Assembly: GCA_000991575.1 (NCBI GenBank)
Contig: LBRU01000002.1
Span: 79,689 to 143,688 of the forward strand
Direction of reading: 5' to 3'
Source of the DNA: a candidate division TM6 bacterium GW2011_GWE2_36_25
GTDB lineage: Bacteria; Babelota; Babeliae; Babelales; UBA12409
DNA: 64,000 bases
Within the stretch, counting starts at the first letter, position 1; each line of letters begins with the position of its first letter. The translations under genes and the position numbers were made by a program. The notes beneath the pieces were generated by a model, which made no database searches, was not told the origin of the DNA, and saw only the letters and a program-made list of their open reading frames with translations. Shown here in pieces: positions 59,736 to 64,000 of the stretch.

Positions 59736-61028
59736 TCAATCACAATATTTTTTGTTTTTTACCTTTATGCCAAAAATAAATGCTATCCCAAATGAAGCTA
59801 AAACGAGCAACCAAGGCTCAATCATCATGCGAAAACGCCCACTTCCATCAGGACCAGTAATCAATACTAAATAAACAATAAACGATAGTGCAAAAAAGAA
59901 TAACCAGATTTTTTTTTGACATAATAACCAACATGATCCAATCGCAGCAAAAATATATTCAACCATTAAATAGCTCACCTCATACCACCCAAGAGCATAA
60001 AGCCAATATTGATGAGTACCTTGCGCAATATAATGTTTCATGTTCGCCAATAGGGATCCGGGTAAATTAAAAAATGAGACTCCTTGATCGCATCGTTCAA
60101 AAAACAATTTCCATTCTGCTTGATACAAACCAATACAAGATTTAATCATATTAAACAACCAAATTTTAATCGCAAAAAATGGATATTCTAAGATAAGTTT
60201 TATTAAATTAGCTTGTGTTTTAAAGGTAATGTTATTTTGCGCAATATCCGTATCAATGGCATTCATTAATGGTGTAGAAGTAATACCTTTTTGTTGAAAA
60301 GAGAAAAGAAGCTTAGGATAAAAAAATAAAAAGAGATTTACATTCATAACAGGACAAAGAGTAAAATTTTTAAATATCAAATAATTTGTCATCATGTACA
60401 ACAAAAGTGGCATATAAAAAACAACAATAAATAGCACAGCCGCCTTCATACGATACAAAAGCGTTTTCTTAGAGATAAATAATAAAAATGGCGTAAAACA
60501 AAAGGCATAAAACAGGGCGGCAGGCCTAAATAAAACGGACAGGCTTAAAATTAAACCAGCTTGCGCAATTGTAAACAATGACGATTTTTCATAAAATGCA
60601 ATGCAACGTTCTACAAACCATACATATAAAAGCGCCAATACAATTTCAATAAGAAAAAGCTGCGAATAAATAAAAAAACCAAGATTGCCAACCCACCATA
60701 ATGTAACAAGTGTTTGAGCCGTCTCGCCGTGCAAAGCACAAACAATTTTGCGCAAAAGAAAGAGCGTCATTACTGATAACAAAACCTGAACACCAACAAT
60801 TACACCAAGAGAACAACCAAATAGATGGTAAAAAATTTTTAGAAAAAAAGGATAACCCAAAACTTCTAAGGGCAATTCTTTAAAGCTAAAACGTTGAGCC
60901 ATAAAATGGTATCGAAGCGAATCAGTGGCAAAATGTACATATTCACCTGGGGCATGCCAATATAAAAAAAATGAAACTATAATAAAAAACAGAACAGAAA
61001 AAATTAAAATTACACGATTTTGCGACAT
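59736..61028 (-). CDS. polytopic membrane protein, GT-C (ArnT/PMT)-like glycosyltransferase candidate
   Basis: About 11 TM segments with a layout like family 39/83 lipid-linked sugar transferases. The ATG at 61028 is preferred over the TTG at 61049. Confidence 0.45.
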   Translation of the reverse strand: MSQNRVILIFSVLFFIIVSFFLYWHAPGEYVHFATDSLRYHFMAQRFSFKELPLEVLGYPFFLKIFYHLFGCSLGVIVGVQVLLSVMTLFLLRKIVCALHGETAQTLVTLWWVGNLGFFIYSQLFLIEIVLALLYVWFVERCIAFYEKSSLFTIAQAGLILSLSVLFRPAALFYAFCFTPFLLFISKKTLLYRMKAAVLFIVVFYMPLLLYMMTNYLIFKNFTLCPVMNVNLFLFFYPKLLFSFQQKGITSTPLMNAIDTDIAQNNITFKTQANLIKLILEYPFFAIKIWLFNMIKSCIGLYQAEWKLFFERCDQGVSFFNLPGSLLANMKHYIAQGTHQYWLYALGWYEVSYLMVEYIFAAIGSCWLLCQKKIWLFFFALSFIVYLVLITGPDGSGRFRMMIEPWLLVLASFGIAFIFGIKVKNKKYCD

Positions 61029-61090
61029 GAATGCTTGTTCCTTTATCAAATGAATTTAATGATATAAAAATTTCGCATCACGCGCAAGAA

Positions 61091-62653
61091 CTAATCGAGA
61101 AAATGCATGCGCAATTTAAACGGTTTTCTTGTAAAATATAATGCGATAAAAACGAGCCCCATAAGAGGCAATGTCCACAACCAAAAACCTGCTTTATCAG
61201 TTAAGAAATGAAGCATCCAGCCAGAAAAATAACAATAAATTGCTTTACTTATCACCCGATGCGCTACATAAAAAAGTGGCATAATCAAACTTAACTGCAA
61301 AAGATATCGCCACATAAATTGCACAAAATAACTGAGACTAACAGAAAAAACATATTTTTTATTTAAATAATATGTTAATAAAATGACTTGTAGGATGCCC
61401 GACAAGCTCGTTGCCAATGCAATGCCAACCGTTCCAAAACCCTGCATCAAGATAACATCTGCAACAAAATTAAATGAGGCGGAAACCGCAGAAGTATACA
61501 TGGGTAACTTGGTATCATGCAACGCATAATAAATATTTAATAAAATTTTGTTTATAGAAAAGAAAAACAGACCAATTAAAAATGCGATTAAAATATAACT
61601 TGCTTCTGGAATACGTGCGGCAGGAAATTTATCAGACAAAAATAACGTAATAAAAATCTTTTGAGAAAATAGCGTCATCAAAATAGCGGCTGGAATTGTT
61701 ACCCAAAAAACTAGTTTAGCCGATTCTAATAAATAAAAGCCTAAACGTTTGGGCGCATACAAAACAACACGACTAAAATGGGGCAATAAAATTGATGAAA
61801 ATGCTACCGCAAAAACGCCAAGCGGAATCCCCATTAAGCGCCCCCCATAATAAAGTAATGTGTAAGAGCCTTTACTTAAAAAAGACGATACGGTTGAATC
61901 GAGAAATAAATTAACCTCAACAATACTCATTCCAATCATAGAAGGAATAAATTTTGTAACTAAATTTTTAAAATTATGCCACGCCTCTTTATTAATACTC
62001 CCAAATGAAAAATGATATTTAAAATAAACAAATAAATGCAATAAAAATGCCGCAGCGCTACCCGCGACAATAAAAACACATAAATACATCAGGGAGACTT
62101 CAAGCCACTTACAAACAAGTAACCCTGTAATAAAAAAAATATTTAATAAGACTGGAGCAAAAGCTGGAACTAAAAAATGATGCATCGCCTGTAAAACACC
62201 ACCCAATAGGGCACTGCTCGAAATAAATAAAATAAATGAAACTAAAACACGCAAAAACGGCACTGCATAAGAAATTTGTTCATGCGAAAATCCCCACGCA
62301 ATTAATTTGATCGTTGCATAAGGTTTCCAAAAAATTATTAAACAGAGCAATAAAAGCGTACCTTCGAAAACCAAAAAAGAAAGCGTCATTAAATCATTAA
62401 TACTTTTTCGCCCATCTTTTTTTAACAAACTCACAATCGTCGGCACCAACGCACCAGTTAATGCACCCTCTGCAAATATTTTACGCAATGAATTAGGAAT
62501 TTTAAAAGCAGCAATAAATGCGTCAGAAACAACACCAACACCAATAATACGAGCTTGCAGTATTTCTCGTACTAATCCAAGCATACGACTCAAAAAAGTT
62601 GGTATCCCAAACTCAAAAGTTTTTTTTATAATTGAACGTTTAATGGAACACAT
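61091..62653 (-). CDS. murJ: lipid II flippase MurJ (MviN family)
   Basis: FLSRMLGLVREILQARIIGVGVVSDAFIAAFKIPNSLRKIFAEGALTGALVP is a typical MurJ N-terminus. 520 aa, 14 TM-like segments. Confidence 0.88.
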   Translation of the reverse strand: MCSIKRSIIKKTFEFGIPTFLSRMLGLVREILQARIIGVGVVSDAFIAAFKIPNSLRKIFAEGALTGALVPTIVSLLKKDGRKSINDLMTLSFLVFEGTLLLLCLIIFWKPYATIKLIAWGFSHEQISYAVPFLRVLVSFILFISSSALLGGVLQAMHHFLVPAFAPVLLNIFFITGLLVCKWLEVSLMYLCVFIVAGSAAAFLLHLFVYFKYHFSFGSINKEAWHNFKNLVTKFIPSMIGMSIVEVNLFLDSTVSSFLSKGSYTLLYYGGRLMGIPLGVFAVAFSSILLPHFSRVVLYAPKRLGFYLLESAKLVFWVTIPAAILMTLFSQKIFITLFLSDKFPAARIPEASYILIAFLIGLFFFSINKILLNIYYALHDTKLPMYTSAVSASFNFVADVILMQGFGTVGIALATSLSGILQVILLTYYLNKKYVFSVSLSYFVQFMWRYLLQLSLIMPLFYVAHRVISKAIYCYFSGWMLHFLTDKAGFWLWTLPLMGLVFIALYFTRKPFKLRMHFLD

Positions 62654-62667
62654 AATAATCTCTATAC

Positions 62668-63339
62668 CTATTGTTCAACTAATTTCCCATGCTTCAATAC
62701 CAACTGTCGCTCCATTCTCTTTGCAACAGACGGATCATGTGAACTAATAATAAGACCCATTCCCCATTCTCGCCCTTTTTCAAGCAAGTCAACAATCGAA
62801 GCAGCATTATCTATGTCTAAATTTCCTGTTGGCTCATCTGCTAATAAAAATTGTGGTCTATTAAAAAGCGCACGTAAAATCGCAACACGTTGCTGCTGCC
62901 CGCCAGAAAGAGACAATGGATGATGAGTAGCTTTATCTGCCAAACCTACAAATGAAAGTAAATCCACCGCTCGTTTATATGCTTCATCGTATGGTTGATG
63001 AATAATCAATCCTTTAAGCATTACATTTTCAACAACCGTCAACTCCTTGATTAAATAAGGCTCCTGAAAGACAAGTCCAACCACTTTGTTAAGAAAATTA
63101 TTTTTTTCTTGAGAATTCATTAATTGCAATGATTTGTCATCATATAAGACTTCGCCTTCCGAAGGGGTATCTATTCCAGCCAGTATATGCATCAAAGTCG
63201 ATTTGCCAGTTCCTGAAACACCAGTTATGGCATATGAGTGACCTGATTCAAACGAATACGTAATTCCGCTGAGAACGCCGGTCGCCACCTTTCCTTGATA
63301 ATAAACTTTTGCAATGTGATCCAATTTTAACAGATGCAT
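62668..63339 (-). CDS. ABC transporter ATP-binding protein (LolD/MacB/FtsE-like)
   Basis: Walker A GVSGTGKSTL, signature LSGGQQQRVAILRAL and Walker B LLADEPTGNLD. Confidence 0.88.
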   Translation of the reverse strand: MHLLKLDHIAKVYYQGKVATGVLSGITYSFESGHSYAITGVSGTGKSTLMHILAGIDTPSEGEVLYDDKSLQLMNSQEKNNFLNKVVGLVFQEPYLIKELTVVENVMLKGLIIHQPYDEAYKRAVDLLSFVGLADKATHHPLSLSGGQQQRVAILRALFNRPQFLLADEPTGNLDIDNAASIVDLLEKGREWGMGLIISSHDPSVAKRMERQLVLKHGKLVEQ

Positions 63340-63413
63340 ATTATCTCATATAATCAATCCGTCTTAAAAGATAACGTTCAAATAAGGTTTTGTAAAAGCT
63401 TTTATTAAAAATT

Positions 63414-63680
63414 TTAATCAATTTCATCCAACGACGATTGTTCTTCAACATGAATTGAAATTTGTCCCAATAAAATCACTACTTTTAAAGCCAGCCATTG
63501 ATACGGACAATCGATCACATCTTCTAAAATAGAGTGAGCTTGAACAAACGCTCCTTCCTCAATAAGCATTTCTGCAATGCCAATCATAGTTTTCACATGG
63601 TCTCGCGAAGGAATGTCCTGATCTGTCTCATGCGTACTATGCAGTGAAAATATAAGAAATAAAAATAAGAAAACTTTCAT
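63414..63680 (-). CDS. small secreted hypothetical protein
   Basis: AAGGAG RBS, signal peptide MKVFLFLFLIFSLHS, 88 aa. Confidence 0.4.
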   Translation of the reverse strand: MKVFLFLFLIFSLHSTHETDQDIPSRDHVKTMIGIAEMLIEEGAFVQAHSILEDVIDCPYQWLALKVVILLGQISIHVEEQSSLDEID

Positions 63681-63767
63681 TGCAAACTCCTTTAAAACAT
63701 CAACAAACTTAGGTCATTACTCAAGAATAAATCAATAAAACAAAATACTTTTAAAAAATAGCTTCTT

Positions 63768-63800
63768 ACACAAAACAAAAAGGCGACTGAGTAAGCCGCC
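63768..63800 (-). terminator. rho-independent terminator of the partial gene at the window end
   Basis: On the minus strand the stem is GGCGGC / GTCGCC (one G-U pair) with a 7-nt loop, followed by TTTTTGTTTTG. Confidence 0.5.
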
Positions 63801-63823
63801 CCAATTCAATACTAAAAGTTATT

Positions 63824-64000
63824 TTATAAAATCTTTAACTCATCTCCACATAAAGCATCAACAATATTTCTCTTATTCAAAAGAATCAATAATGGCTCTG
63901 TAAAAAGACCGGTAATTTTATAGATCACCATCTTTCCTCTCTCCGTCAAGGTTGGACAATGATGCTTACAAAGCGCCCCCTTAAGTCGCAATTCACCAAC
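63824..64000 (-). CDS. 3' end of an unidentified gene (58 codons visible)
   Basis: The frame is open to the window edge: ..GELRLKGALCKHHCPTLTERGKMVIYKITGLFTEPLLILLNKRNIVDALCGDELKIL, stop at 63824-63826, with a terminator downstream. Confidence 0.4.
   Translation of the reverse strand, partial: VGELRLKGALCKHHCPTLTERGKMVIYKITGLFTEPLLILLNKRNIVDALCGDELKIL

Noticed and set aside
1-64000. Mobile elements, prophage, integrons or toxin-antitoxin pairs
   Set aside because: I saw no transposase, integrase, phage structural or recombinase motifs in any frame. I also saw no long inverted or direct repeats flanking the accessory blocks.

Overview
This is a densely coding, AT-rich bacterial chromosome segment (roughly one-third G+C by eye) with about 70 protein genes on both strands. 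I recognised no rRNA, tRNA, CRISPR array, transposase or integrase. The housekeeping backbone is: tgt (5' end cut by the window edge), a TrmH/SpoU-family methyltransferase, an APC permease, mraY, mnmG, lgt, dnaG-rpoD (4-nt overlap), a CorC/HlyC-type CBS transporter, tkt, a GH3 NagZ-like hydrolase, the membrane pyrophosphatase hppA, a D-2-hydroxyacid dehydrogenase, murE, agcS, ruvX, tsaB, rsmE, gpmI, tyrS, valS, ybeY, murJ and a LolD/MacB-type ABC ATPase. Between these lie accessory blocks dominated by orphan proteins with Sec signal peptides, often as tandem paralogs. (1) 13.3-17.9 kb holds a CxC-repeat protein, two secreted kinase-fold paralogs, an unlisted mini-ORF, nfeD and two SGDC/CC paralogs. 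(2) 20.0-24.0 kb holds two secreted pentapeptide-repeat proteins flanking a ComEC-like fragment, plus two exported thioredoxins. (3) 35.0-37.8 kb holds two signal-anchored exostosin-like glycosyltransferase paralogs plus a methyltransferase-like gene. (4) 49.7-56.1 kb holds a tight gspF-G-H-I-J-K pseudopilin operon that ends in an MCE/MlaD gene and lacks gspC/D/E/L/M nearby. Other notable items are a site-2-protease homolog with both catalytic motifs lost, a Lys-rich N-terminal tail on RpoD, and two GC-rich structured intergenic islands. One of these islands carries an unlisted 59-aa zinc-ribbon ORF. The gene mix fits a reduced, host-associated diderm (Dependentiae/TM6-like is a guess, by inference only). 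Several starts in the supplied ORF track are TTG/GTG-extended. I reset them to downstream ATGs with GGAG-type ribosome-binding sites where the sequence supports it.
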